Source of the DNA: Alphaproteobacteria bacterium
Lineage (GTDB): Bacteria > Pseudomonadota > Alphaproteobacteria > MPNO01 > UBA830
Direction: 5' to 3'
NCBI GenBank assembly: GCA_965243135.1
Contig: OZ251539.1
Coordinates: 3,232,001-3,296,000 of the forward strand
Length of the DNA: 64,000 nt
The notes beneath the pieces are model-generated. The model was given only the letters and a program-made list of their open reading frames with translations. It was not told where the DNA came from and did not search any database. Shown here piece by piece: positions 23,932 through 34,097 of this stretch. Numbering within the stretch: the stretch's first letter is position 1; each line of letters begins with the position of its first letter. The translations under genes and the position numbers were made by a program.

Positions 23932-24639
23932 CGTTCCGTTCCTCCGAGGCGCGCCCGGCAGCCTCTCGCCGGAGCCACTCCCTTCTTCCGCCCGACCAGT
24001 TGCAACGGATGGAATAGCGGAAATCGCCCCCGATTGCTTGCGCTTGATAAAGGCGCCCTCCGCCGCCCGCCGATCTTTGCGCCTGGCATCCACGAGGCGC
24101 CGTCCGCCGCTGCCGACGGAATTCGGGAACCTCTCCGACGAGAACGGGCTGGGGATCTCCCTGGCTGTCCGGAAAGGGAACGGCTCTTTGTTTTGTCCGC
24201 CTCCCGGCGATCCCGCCTGCCTGCGGAACGGTTGTTTCGGTCGCTTGCGTTCTCCACGAACTTGTCCGGGCGGGCCACGGAAACGGATACATAGACCATG
24301 CCGACCGCCCGACGGCAGCTGTTCCGGAAGATCGGAGAAACGGTAAAATGAGGACGGTCGGAACGGCGCGAGAGCGGCGGCGCGGGCTGCGAACGCGGTA
24401 AATGGCGCCCGGCCGAAGATCCTTGGACGCGGGCTCAGTCCAGCAGGGCGGAAGAGGCAATCATCGCGCGCTCCAGCGCCCGGACCGGCGACCCCGTCTT
24501 GGCCGTCCGGAACGGGAGACGCGGGAAGGGCGGGCCGCGACGCTGCGGGCCGCCCGAAGAGCGGCGCGACCGTCGAAGTTGACCGCAACGCGTTACTCTG
24601 GAACACATGGCGGCGAGACTACGTGCACGCGGGTTCCGG

Positions 24640-26499
24640 ATGCCTGACGCGGACCTATCGACCGGACCGGAAGTTATCGCGGCGCGACTGCGGTCGCTGC
24701 CGGCGGCGCCGGGCGTCTACCGGATGATCGACGCCAAGGGCGACCCTCTTTACGTCGGCAAGGCGCGCAACCTTCGCAAGCGGGTCTCCGCCTACGCCCG
24801 CCCGCAGAGAATGCCGGAAAGAATCCGGCTGATGGTCGCCCAAACGGCCGACCTCGAAGTCGTCACGACCCATACCGAGGTCGAAGCGCTGCTACTCGAA
24901 AGCAACCTCATCAAGCGCCTGAAACCCCGCTACAACATCATTCTGCGCGACGACAAGTCCTTCCCCTACATTCTGCTCAGAACGGATTCGCCCTGGCCGC
25001 AGCTCGTGAAGCATCGGGGGTCCAAGACCGACGGGGGAGAGTACTACGGGCCCTTCGCCACGGTCGGGGCCGTAAACCGGACGCTCAACGTCCTGCAGAA
25101 GGTCTTCCCGCTGCGCAGCTGTTCGGACGGCGTGTTGGCGCATCGCACGCGTCCCTGCCTGCAGTTTCAGATCAAGCGCTGCGCCGCGCCCTGCGTCGAC
25201 CTCGTCTCGCGGGAAGACTACGCGGAGATCGTCGGGCAGGCTCGCGAATTTCTCGCGGGCCGGACGCGCCATCTTCAGCGGTCGCTCTCGGAACGCATGA
25301 CCAGGGCGAGCGACGAACTGGAATACGAAAACGCCGCCGTCTATCGCGACCGCATTCGCGCCCTGACCCAGATACAGGCTCAGCAGGACATCAATATCGA
25401 GGAGATCGGCGAGGCGGACATCGTCGCCGCCCATCAGGACGGCGGCCATACCTGCGTCCAGGTCTTCTTCTACCGGGCCGGCCAGAACTACGGCAACCGC
25501 ACGTATTTCCCCACCCACGCCAGGTCCGTCGACGTCGACGAAGTGCTCGAAGCCTTCGTCGGCCAGTTCTATTCCGACAAGCAGCCGCCGCGAACGGTTT
25601 TGACGAGCCACGCCCTTCCGAACCAGGAACTCGTTCAGGAAGCGCTGTCCGTCCGCGCCGGCCGCAAGGTGACGCTGGCCGCGCCGCGCCGCGGCAGGCG
25701 GCGCAGCCTGGTGAGCAACGCGTCCGCCAACGCCGCCGACGCGCTCGCGCGCCGTCTCTCGGAAAGCGCGACGCAGCGCAAGCTGCTCGAAAGAATCGCC
25801 GATCTGTTCTCTCTCGACGCGCCGCCGCGGCGGATCGAAGTTTACGACAACAGCCACATTTCGGGCGCCAACGCTCTCGGCGCGATGATCGTCGCCGGCC
25901 CGGAAGGACCCGTCAAGAACGCCTATCGCCGCTTCAACATCAAGAATCCCGAGACGGCTCCGGGCGACGACTACGGGATGATGAAGGAAGTCCTCACCCG
26001 GCGCTTCTCGCGGGCGTTGCGGGACGATCCCAACCGCGAAGGCGGCGTCTGGCCGGACCTGGTGATCGTCGACGGCGGGCACGGCCAGCTGTCGACCGCC
26101 GTCGACGCCCTCGACGAACTCGGGATCCGGGACCTCGCGATCGTCGCCATCGCCAAGGGCCCCGACAGGAACGCGGGACGGGAACGCTTCCATGTTCCCG
26201 GCAAGCAGCCGTTCGTCCTGCCGCGGAACGACCCGGCGCTCTACTTTCTGCAACGGCTGCGCGACGAGGCGCACAGATTCGCCATAGGCGGGCACCGTTC
26301 GCGGCGCCGAAGGGACATCGGCAAATCCGGCATCGACGAAATCCCGGGCGTCGGCGCCAAGCGGAAGCGCGCCCTGTTGCATCATTTCGGAGCCGCGTCG
26401 AGCGTCGCCAAGGCCGGCCTTCACGATCTCGAGGCGGTGGACGGCATCAGCCGAACGGTCGCGAGAAGAATCTATGATCATTTTCATTCGGAAGAATAG
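24640..26499 (+). CDS. uvrC: Excinuclease ABC subunit C
   Basis: GIY-YIG 'PGVYRM...LYVGKARNL', 'RIEVYDNSH', 'DGGHGQL', HhH 'IPGVG'; alternative start 24607. Confidence 0.98.
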   Translation: MPDADLSTGPEVIAARLRSLPAAPGVYRMIDAKGDPLYVGKARNLRKRVSAYARPQRMPERIRLMVAQTADLEVVTTHTEVEALLLESNLIKRLKPRYNIILRDDKSFPYILLRTDSPWPQLVKHRGSKTDGGEYYGPFATVGAVNRTLNVLQKVFPLRSCSDGVLAHRTRPCLQFQIKRCAAPCVDLVSREDYAEIVGQAREFLAGRTRHLQRSLSERMTRASDELEYENAAVYRDRIRALTQIQAQQDINIEEIGEADIVAAHQDGGHTCVQVFFYRAGQNYGNRTYFPTHARSVDVDEVLEAFVGQFYSDKQPPRTVLTSHALPNQELVQEALSVRAGRKVTLAAPRRGRRRSLVSNASANAADALARRLSESATQRKLLERIADLFSLDAPPRRIEVYDNSHISGANALGAMIVAGPEGPVKNAYRRFNIKNPETAPGDDYGMMKEVLTRRFSRALRDDPNREGGVWPDLVIVDGGHGQLSTAVDALDELGIRDLAIVAIAKGPDRNAGRERFHVPGKQPFVLPRNDPALYFLQRLRDEAHRFAIGGHRSRRRRDIGKSGIDEIPGVGAKRKRALLHHFGAASSVAKAGLHDLEAVDGISRTVARRIYDHFHSEE

Positions 26500-26550
26500 A
26501 ATCGCGCGCGGCGGCGGACGCTTCGCGGCGATGCGCGGCTCGCCCGGAAA

Positions 26551-27132
26551 ATGATTCCGACGCTGCCGAACGCCCTGACGCTTGGCCGCGTCGCCGCCGT
26601 CCCGGTCATCGCGGCGCTCTTCTTTCTGGACACTCCCGTTGGGCAGTGGATCACTCTCGCGATCTTCGCGGTCGCGGCGATCACCGACTTCCTCGACGGC
26701 TACATCGTTCGCCGCTATGATCAGCACACGGAATTCGGCCGGTTTCTCGATCCGATCGCGGACAAGCTGCTGATCGCGACCACCTTGATGATGATGGTCG
26801 CGTTCGGACAGATCGCGGGCCTCGCGATCGTTCCCGCGGTCGTCATCCTGTGCAGGGAAATCCTGGTATCCGGCCTCCGGGAGTATCTGGCGGGCATCGA
26901 CGTCGGCCTGCCGGTGAGCTGGCTGGCAAGATGGAAAACGGCAATTCAGATGATCGCGCTCGGATTCCTCATTATCGGCGACGCGGCGCATCCGCCGGTG
27001 CCCGAGGAACTTCCCGTCCGCCTGATCGGCGAGGCCGGCCTCTGGATCGCCGCCCTGATCACGCTGTTCACCGGCTTCGACTACATGCGCATCGGACTCC
27101 GTCACATGGACGGCCCGACGGACCCCGAATGA
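26551..27132 (+). CDS. pgsA: CDP-diacylglycerol--glycerol-3-phosphate 3-phosphatidyltransferase
   Basis: 'TDFLDGYIVR...FGRFLDPIADK'; follows uvrC. Confidence 0.96.
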   Translation: MIPTLPNALTLGRVAAVPVIAALFFLDTPVGQWITLAIFAVAAITDFLDGYIVRRYDQHTEFGRFLDPIADKLLIATTLMMMVAFGQIAGLAIVPAVVILCREILVSGLREYLAGIDVGLPVSWLARWKTAIQMIALGFLIIGDAAHPPVPEELPVRLIGEAGLWIAALITLFTGFDYMRIGLRHMDGPTDPE

Positions 27133-27647
27133 ACCGCCGGGTCATCGGAATCACGGGCTGGAGCGGCAGCGGCAAGACCGCGCTGATCGTCAGGCTGATT
27201 CCCGAGCTTTCCGGCAGGGGACTCCGGGTGGCGACCGTCAAGCACGCCCATCACGACTTCGACCTCGACAAGCCGGGCAAGGATTCGTACCAGCATCGGG
27301 CGGCCGGCGCCGTGGAAGTCGCGGTTTCTTCGGCGCGCCGATGGGCGATCGTCCACGAGAATCGCGAGAACGCCGAGCCGTCGCTCGAAGAGATTCTCGA
27401 AAGGATGTCGCCGGCCGACGTCGTTCTTGTCGAAGGATACAAGAGAGAACCGCATCCCAAGCTCGAAGTGTGGCGCGGCGCGACAGGAAAGCCGCCGCTC
27501 TACAGAAGCGATCCGACCGTAATCGCCGTGGCGACGGACGACCCGGCGGCGCATCCCGACATCGAAGCCCTCGACCTGAACGATACCGCGCTGGTCGCGC
27601 GGTTCATCGTCGAAAGATGCGCGCAACCGGAGCGGGGAGCGGCCTGA
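27129..27647 (+). CDS. mobB: Molybdopterin-guanine dinucleotide biosynthesis protein B
   Basis: 'GWSGSGKT', 'KHAHHDFDLDKPGKDSY', 'VEGYK'. Confidence 0.94.
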   Translation: MNRRVIGITGWSGSGKTALIVRLIPELSGRGLRVATVKHAHHDFDLDKPGKDSYQHRAAGAVEVAVSSARRWAIVHENRENAEPSLEEILERMSPADVVLVEGYKREPHPKLEVWRGATGKPPLYRSDPTVIAVATDDPAAHPDIEALDLNDTALVARFIVERCAQPERGAA

Positions 27648-27648
27648 C

Positions 27649-28902
27649 ATGGCGCAATTGTCGGACGACTGCTTCGCCTTCGGCGGCGAATTGATGCCGA
27701 CCGCGGAAGCGCTGCGGCTTCTGGACGAGCGGCTGGACGTCGTGGTCGACGCCGAAGACGTGGAACTGGAGCGGGCCGACGGCCGCGTTCTGGCCGCCGA
27801 CGTCGCTTCGGACAGGGCGGTGCCGCCGCACGACAACGCGGCGGTCGACGGCTACGCGGTCAGATTCGACGATCTTGCGCCGGACGCGGAAACGAGCCTC
27901 CCCGTTTCCGGACGGATCGCGGCGGGCGACGTGCCGGATGCGCCGCTCCGGGCGGGCGAGGCGGTGCGCATCCTCACCGGCGCGCCCATGCCGGACGAGG
28001 CGGATACCGTCCTGATGCAGGAGGATTGCCGCGAGGAGGAGAATCGCGTGATCATCCCGCCCGGCATCAAGCGGGGCGCGAACCGGAGGTTCGCCGGCGA
28101 GGACATAGAAGCGGGCGCCGTCATCCTCGCGTCGGGCGACCGGTTGCGGCCGCAGGATATCGGGCTCGCGGCTTCCATCGGCCGAACCCGGCTTCCGGTA
28201 TACCGGCGCCTGAAAGTCGCCCTTTTCTCGACGGGCAACGAGGTGCGCGACGCCGGAGAGGATCTGCCTCCCGGCTGCATCTACGACGCCAACCGCCACG
28301 CCGTTCGAGCCGCTCTGAAGCGCCTCGGCTGCCGGGTGACCGATCTCGGCATTCTGCCGGACCGGCTCGACGCCATTCGCGAAAGCCTGGCGAAGGCCGC
28401 GTCGGAGCACGATCTGATCATGACTTCGGGCGGCGTTTCGACGGGCGAAAAGGATCATGTCCGAACGGCGGTCGAGGCGACCGGACGGCTTCATTTCTGG
28501 CGCCTCGCCATTCGGCCGGGCCGGCCGATCGCCTTCGGCCAGATGGGCGCCGTTCCTTTCATCGGCCTTCCGGGCAATCCGGTCGCCGTGCTCGTGACGT
28601 TCATGCGTTTCGCGCGTCCGGCGATATTGCGCCTGAGCGGCTGCGCCGACACGGAGCCGCAAGCGTTTCCCGTGCGCGCGGCGTTTCCGATCCGCAAGAA
28701 GGGCGGCAGGCGGGAATGGTTGCGGGTCCGGCTGGAACGGGACGCGGACGGTACGCCGCTTGCGCGCAAGTTTCCGCGCGACGGCGCCGGAATCCTGACC
28801 TCCATGGTGCAAGCCGACGGACTTGTGGAACTTCCGGAAGATTTGACGTATCTGGAACAAGGCAACATGGTCGATTTTCTGCCGTTCAACGAGTTGGAAT
28901 GA
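27649..28902 (+). CDS. moeA: Molybdopterin molybdotransferase
   Basis: 'NAAVDGYA', 'STGNEV', 'TSGGVSTG', 'GLPGNPV'. Confidence 0.96.
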   Translation: MAQLSDDCFAFGGELMPTAEALRLLDERLDVVVDAEDVELERADGRVLAADVASDRAVPPHDNAAVDGYAVRFDDLAPDAETSLPVSGRIAAGDVPDAPLRAGEAVRILTGAPMPDEADTVLMQEDCREEENRVIIPPGIKRGANRRFAGEDIEAGAVILASGDRLRPQDIGLAASIGRTRLPVYRRLKVALFSTGNEVRDAGEDLPPGCIYDANRHAVRAALKRLGCRVTDLGILPDRLDAIRESLAKAASEHDLIMTSGGVSTGEKDHVRTAVEATGRLHFWRLAIRPGRPIAFGQMGAVPFIGLPGNPVAVLVTFMRFARPAILRLSGCADTEPQAFPVRAAFPIRKKGGRREWLRVRLERDADGTPLARKFPRDGAGILTSMVQADGLVELPEDLTYLEQGNMVDFLPFNELE

Positions 28903-29153
28903 TGCAGATTCTGTATTTCGGCTGGGTCCGGTCCCGCATCGGCATGCCCGGCGAGGAGATTTCGCTGCCGGAGGGGGTCTCCACCGTCGCCGGCCTGATG
29001 GAGTGGCTGAAGGGCCGCGGGGAACGCCATGCGCGCGCGTTCGAGGATGCCGACGCGGTGCGCGCGGCGGTCAACCAAGAAATCGCGCCGCCGGACGCCG
29101 CCGTCGCGGAGGACGACGAGGTGGCGTTTTTCCCGCCGATGACGGGAGGTTGA
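28899..29153 (+). CDS. moaD: Molybdopterin synthase sulfur carrier
   Basis: 'MMQILYFGWVR...AVNQ...EVAFFPPMTGG' with C-terminal GG. Confidence 0.95.
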   Translation: MMQILYFGWVRSRIGMPGEEISLPEGVSTVAGLMEWLKGRGERHARAFEDADAVRAAVNQEIAPPDAAVAEDDEVAFFPPMTGG

Positions 29154-29156
29154 GGC

Positions 29157-29609
29157 TTGATCAGGGTGCAGGAGGAGGACTTCGACGTCGGGGCCGAGTT
29201 CGCCCGGTTGACAGACGGCAGGACGGACGTCGGCGGCGTCGCGAGCTTCGTCGGCATCGTGCGCGACGCCGCGGGCGCGGTGAACGCGATGACCCTCGAG
29301 CACTATCCGGGAATGACGGAACGGGAGCTCGAGAAGATCGAGGCCGAGGCGCGGCGGCGCTGGCCGCTGCAGGACGTCCTCGTCGTTCACCGTTACGGAA
29401 GGCTGGAGCCGGGCGAACGCATCGTGCTCGTTCTCACCGCTTCCGAGCACCGCGGCGCGGCTCTGGAAAGCTGTCAGTTCCTCATCGACTGGCTGAAGAC
29501 GAAAGCGCCGTTCTGGAAGCTCGAGGAGGGAGAGTCCGGCGAAAGTTGGGTCGAAGCCCGACAATCCGACGACGACGCGGCCGAACGGTGGGCCGGCGAC
29601 CGGCCGTGA
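29157..29609 (+). CDS. moaE: Molybdopterin synthase catalytic subunit
   Basis: 'LEHYPGMT', 'HRYG', 'LKTKAPFWK'. Confidence 0.96.
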   Translation: MIRVQEEDFDVGAEFARLTDGRTDVGGVASFVGIVRDAAGAVNAMTLEHYPGMTERELEKIEAEARRRWPLQDVLVVHRYGRLEPGERIVLVLTASEHRGAALESCQFLIDWLKTKAPFWKLEEGESGESWVEARQSDDDAAERWAGDRP

Positions 29610-29949
29610 CCTTCCGCCTATACCCAGCCTCGACGCCGCCCTGGATTTCCGGCACGACAACGCTGAACCACGTCATCGTCAACAAGTTTTCCGGTTCGCT
29701 CGGAGAGGCGTCGAGCGGCTTGGCCAAGAGCGGCCAGCCCGCTCGGTTGGCAGCGATCCACGCGCGCAGGCGGTTCCGGCCGTAACGTTCCGATCGCGCC
29801 GGGCGGCCGATTTTCGAGGATGCATGAGCGAACCCGAGCAAGCAAAATCATGCGTCCATCTACCTCGTAAACGGAGGTAGCCGACGACGGTATGGTCCGC
29901 GCAAAGCTGGCTGTACGCAAAACAGTTCGAGGGTAAGACAGCGGGCAGC

Positions 29950-30748
29950 CTGAACATCGGCAACCTCATCTGGGGCATCGCCGACGACGTGTTGCGGGAC
30001 ATCTACGTGCGCGGCAAATATCGGGACGTCATCTTGCCGATCACCGTGCGCCTCGACGCGGTGCTTGATCCAGCCAAGGATGCCGTGCTTAAGGTGAGAG
30101 ATCGGCTGGAACAAGCGGGCGTCGCCAACCAAGAAGCGGCCCTTTGCCAAGCCGCCAACGAGGCGTTCTACCGCCCTTCCGGCTTCGGAACCTCGCCTTC
30201 CGTGCACACCGTCAGACCCTCAAGGCGGACTTCGAGGATTGCCTGGACGACTTTTCGCCCAACGTCCAGGAGGTCCTGGAGAAATTCCGGTTCCGCAACC
30301 CCGACGCTGCTGGAAGCCGAGGCGCTTGGTTTGGAGCAATTTAACGCCGCAGACTGCTCAAGGAACCGCTCGGGATCGGAAACCCCGAAGCAAAACCCGT
30401 GGAAGGTTTCACGGAAAGAGGGTAAGCGCAGTGCGCTCCACGGCCGTTACTGCGTGGAGACTGGCGGCAAGGGCCGTCACCGCGGAATACGAGGCGGACA
30501 AGGAACTGCGCGAACAGGTGCCGTTGCTGGAAGACGGAGGCATCGAGGCATTCTTCCGGCGCGAGGCGCCGCCCTATGCACCCGACGCCTGGATCGACGA
30601 TTCGAAGACCGCCATCGGCTACGAGATTTCGTTCGCCCGGCGCTTCTACAGGCCGATGCGAACCCTCAAGGAGATCGAAACCGACATCCGGGAGATGGAG
30701 AAGGAAACCGAGGGATTTCTTGACGATTTGCCGGCGGGAAGCGATTGA
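29950..30748 (+). pseudogene. hsdM: Type I R-M methyltransferase HsdM, frameshifted and internally deleted
   Basis: N-terminal 'IWGIADDVLRDIYVRGKYRDVILP', shifted 'LKADFEDCLDDFSPNVQEVLEKFRFRN', then jumps to C-terminal 'EQVPLLEDGGIEAFFRRE..PYAPDAWID...IGYEISF'. No NPPY catalytic core and no start codon. Confidence 0.9.
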
Positions 30749-30795
30749 CGGGCCTTGGCAGCGACTCGGTCGCATGGCGTTCGCTGTCCGTCAAT

Positions 30796-30926
30796 GTTAT
30801 CGGCAAACGATAATATGCACAGCATCGCGCCCTATAGTATCGTCAGCAGATAACACTGACAGGATTATGCTCTATAGTGCTGCCAACTCATAACATGGAA
30901 AGCGGGGCGATCCATATTATCGTCAG
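30796..30926. promoter_or_regulatory. Array of TTATCG/CGATAA-type motifs upstream of fic (candidate operator)
   Basis: Perfect 11-bp inverted pair ACGATAATATG (30807-30817) / CATATTATCGT (30913-30923); TATCGTCAG repeated at 30838 and 30918. Confidence 0.45.
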
Positions 30927-30967
30927 AATGCAATATGGAAGCAATCACTTCTCGGCGGGAGCAAGCC

Positions 30968-32167
30968 ATGGCGGAAGCAAGCGGAACTGACGACCGAGGC
31001 AGAGCCGGCAGTTACGTCCTGCAGCCCGCCGGGTACCGGGCATTCGTACCCGCTCCGTTGCCGCCGCGGCCACCGATTCGCATGATGGGAACCATACAGG
31101 CCATGTTGTCGGCAGCCGATCGCGCCCTGGGCAGGCTGGACGGCGCCATCCACACGTTGCCCGAAGCGGACCTCTTCGTGCTCATGTACATACGCAAGGA
31201 GGCCGTGCTCTCCAGCCAGATCGAAGGCACTCAAAGCTCTCTGCAGGACGTGCTCGCCGCCGAGGCGCGTCTGTTGTCGCCCGGCGGCGCCGGGGACACG
31301 GGCGAAGTGATTAACCATATTGCGGCCATGAACCACGGACTCGAGCGGTTGTCCGACCTTCCTCTGTCCGTTCGCCTTATCCGCGAGATGCACGAAAGGC
31401 TGCTGCGCGGCGTGCGCGGCGGCCGTTCGACGCCGGGCGAACTGCGCCGATCGCAGAACTGGATCGGTCCGGCCGGTTGCACCCCTCGCGATGCGGTCTT
31501 CGTTCCTCCTCCGTTCGAGGAGGTTCCGCGCGCATTGGGCGATCTGGAGACCTTTCTCCACCAGGACGACGATCTGCCCCCACTCGTTCGGATCGGGTTG
31601 GCCCATGCCCAATTCGAGACGGTTCACCCCTTCCTCGACGGCAACGGCCGGGTGGGGCGGTTGTTGATTGCGTTTTTTCTCTGCGAAAGGAGAATTCTCG
31701 CGAAACCGGTCCTCTACATCTCGCATTTCTTCAAACGACATCGGGCCGAGTATTACGAGCGTCTCCAGGCGGTGCGCGACGCTGGCGATTGGGAAGGCTG
31801 GCTGGCGTTTTTCCTGCGCGGCGTGGCGGAGGTCGGCGACGAAGCCGTCGCGACGGCCCGGCGCATCCTCGACCTGCGAGAGACGCATCGCGCCGCCGTC
31901 ACCGCTCACCTCGGTCGGGCCGCCGGCAACGGCCACCGGGTGCTTGAAGCGCTATACAGGAAACCCGCGATAACGGTTTCCGACGTTCGGGAAATCGCCA
32001 ACCTCAGCTATCCGGCGGCGAACAACCTCGTCGCGCGCCTGGTTTCGATCGGCATTCTGGAGCGGTTCGGCGACCGCAGACGCAACCGGGCGTTCCTTTA
32101 TCGCGATTACATCCGCGTCTTCGCGGACGACCCGGAACCCGCGCCTAGCGATGCGCAAACGGCATGA
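30968..32167 (+). CDS. Fic family protein (N-terminal DUF4172-like region, C-terminal HTH)
   Basis: Canonical Fic motif 'HPFLDGNGRVGR', inhibitory-type 'SSQIEGT'; alternative start 30935. Confidence 0.93.
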   Translation: MAEASGTDDRGRAGSYVLQPAGYRAFVPAPLPPRPPIRMMGTIQAMLSAADRALGRLDGAIHTLPEADLFVLMYIRKEAVLSSQIEGTQSSLQDVLAAEARLLSPGGAGDTGEVINHIAAMNHGLERLSDLPLSVRLIREMHERLLRGVRGGRSTPGELRRSQNWIGPAGCTPRDAVFVPPPFEEVPRALGDLETFLHQDDDLPPLVRIGLAHAQFETVHPFLDGNGRVGRLLIAFFLCERRILAKPVLYISHFFKRHRAEYYERLQAVRDAGDWEGWLAFFLRGVAEVGDEAVATARRILDLRETHRAAVTAHLGRAAGNGHRVLEALYRKPAITVSDVREIANLSYPAANNLVARLVSIGILERFGDRRRNRAFLYRDYIRVFADDPEPAPSDAQTA

Positions 32168-32243
32168 GGCACGTCCTCAAGCCCTACCTATCGCGACAGC
32201 GGCTCGCCTTGGCGTCGAAATTATCCCTCTATGGTATTATTGA
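32163..32243 (+). pseudogene. 3'-end stub of darT (DNA ADP-ribosyltransferase toxin)
   Basis: Frame ending at TGA 32243 reads '...ARLGVEIIPLWYY*', like the 'VE++P.WYY' end of DarT, 17 nt upstream of darG. Confidence 0.6.
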
Positions 32244-32260
32244 ACTGGGAGACGATAGAG

Positions 32261-33313
32261 ATGATCCGCTTCAAGACCGGCGACATTCTCGCCGAAGATG
32301 TGGAAGCCTTGGTCAATGCGGTCAATTGCGTCGGCGTCATGGGGCGTGGCGTCGCGCTTCAGTTCAAGAAAGCGTTTCCTGAAAATTTCAAGTCCTATTC
32401 CGCCGCCTGCAAGCGCAAGGAAGTAAAACCGGGCAGGATGTTCGTGTTCGAAACGGGTGCGCTTGCACCCCGCTACATCGTCAACTTCCCCACCAAAAGG
32501 CACTGGCGCACCAACAGTCGGATGGAGGATGTGGAAGCGGGACTGGATGCGCTGGTCGCCGAGATCGAAGCGCGCAACATTCGCTCCATCGCCATACCGC
32601 CCCTTGCCTGCGGCTCGGGCGGTCTCGCCTGGGACGATGTGCGCCCGCGCATCCAAGCGGCGCTGTCTGGCTTGGTCGATCTTCGGGTCACTGTCTTCGA
32701 ACCCGATGCCGCGCCCGTAGCAAAGGATAGGGCGCGCATGCGAAAGCCGCCGGAGATGACTCCGGGCCGTGCGGCGCTTGTGGGCCTGCTGCGCCGCTAC
32801 CTCGACGCCATGCTCGACCCTTTCGTAACTCTGCTGGAGGCGCACAAGCTGATGTATTTCCTGCAAGAGGCGGGCGAACCGCTGCGGCTCCGCTATGCCA
32901 AAGCGCCCCATGGGCCCTATGCCGACAACCTGCGGCGCGTTCTGAACGAGATCGAAGGACACATCGTTTCGAGCGACGCTGACGGCGGCGGCGATCCTGA
33001 AATGCCGTTGGAACTTGTTCCCGGCGCTATCGAAGACGCGGAGGCAGTGCTCAAACGCGAGAGCGAAACACAGACACGGTTCGAGCGGGTTACCGAACTG
33101 ATTTATGGCTTCGAGTCGTCTTTCGGCTTGGAACTCCTCGCAACCGTTCATTGGGTGATGACACGCGAGATCGCCCGGCCGACAAGCGAGGTGGTCGCCC
33201 GCACCCATAACTGGCATAGAAGCAAAATGCGCTTCACCCCTCGCCAGATCGCCCTCGCATCGACGCGACTACGGGAGAAGGGCTGGGTCGCTGCTGCGCC
33301 GCCCGTAACCTGA
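32261..33313 (+). CDS. darG: DarG macrodomain ADP-ribosylglycohydrolase antitoxin
   Basis: Macro domain 'GDILAEDVEALVNAVNCVGVMGRGVALQFK...NFPTKRHW...PPLACGSGGL'; DarG C-domain 'HKLMYFLQEAG..L.L.Y.K..HGPYA', 'GLELLATVHW'. Confidence 0.92.
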   Translation: MIRFKTGDILAEDVEALVNAVNCVGVMGRGVALQFKKAFPENFKSYSAACKRKEVKPGRMFVFETGALAPRYIVNFPTKRHWRTNSRMEDVEAGLDALVAEIEARNIRSIAIPPLACGSGGLAWDDVRPRIQAALSGLVDLRVTVFEPDAAPVAKDRARMRKPPEMTPGRAALVGLLRRYLDAMLDPFVTLLEAHKLMYFLQEAGEPLRLRYAKAPHGPYADNLRRVLNEIEGHIVSSDADGGGDPEMPLELVPGAIEDAEAVLKRESETQTRFERVTELIYGFESSFGLELLATVHWVMTREIARPTSEVVARTHNWHRSKMRFTPRQIALASTRLREKGWVAAAPPVT

Positions 33314-34080
33314 TGACGGCTGATTCGAGCGAAACAGGCTTCGAAATCCTCATCGTCAAATCCTTGATCGACAAGGGCGGCCATGTCGTCAGCGATCCGA
33401 AGGATTGCGGCCGCGCCATCGACGTAGCCAAGCTCTTTGGCTACTCGGACGCGAAGCAGTCCGGGGCCGTCGAGACGTCCGGCATCGGAGCCGACAACTT
33501 GCAACGTATCCGACTCCTCCAACGCCTGCGCGATAAGGTCGACAAACGTGGCGTTGTCGACGTGCTCCGCAAGGGATGTAAGCGCGAACCTGCCTTCGAT
33601 GGAGTTGTTCCAGGGCGCGCCGACCTCCGGCAACGCGAAGGCGGAACCCCTGTTTGCCGCGAACGTCTTCAGCGTCACGCGGCAGCTCCGCCATTCGAGA
33701 GACGAAACCCGGCTCGCGCTTGACCTGGCACCGTTCGTCAACGGTCTGTCCATAGCCGCCTTCGAACTCAAGAACGGCCTGACCAAGCAAAAAATCGAAA
33801 ATGCCGTCGAACAATACCGGCGCGACTGCGACCCGAAGGAACCGTTGTTTCGCTTCGGTCATTGCGTCGTCCATTTCGCGGTGGACAATCAAGAGAGAAG
33901 GATGTGCACCCATCTGCGAGGCAAAGACTCGTGGTTTCTGCCGTTCAATATTGATTGAGATAGCGGCGCAGGAAACACGCCGAACCCGCATTGCCTTGAG
34001 CCGACTACTTGTAGAAGAAGGTTCTGCCAAAAAAAGCCTGACTGACATCCTTGAGAACTACGCCCAGATCGTCTCGGAGG
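33313..34080 (+). pseudogene. hsdR: Type I R-M restriction subunit HsdR, N-terminal remnant
   Basis: 'SETGFE', 'RGVVDVLRKG', 'NVFSVTRQLRHS...DL..FVNGL.I..FELKN.LTKQ...AVEQY', 'SWFLPFN', 'SLTDILENYAQIV'; frameshifts, helicase part absent. Confidence 0.9.
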
Positions 34081-34097
34081 CGGGTGCGCCTTTCCAA

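Noticed and set aside
23940-24606. About 670 bp of apparently non-coding DNA before uvrC (ncRNA or riboswitch?); includes the N-terminal extension of the 351-aa ORF
   Set aside because: No recognisable RNA motif, repeat or protein motif; cannot be supported without an Rfam search.
29613-29930. Possible gene remnant or att site after moaE ('VVVPEIQGG' on minus strand; small hairpin at 29860-29880)
   Set aside because: Similarity too short to assign, and no duplication of the moaE 3' end was seen at the other island border.
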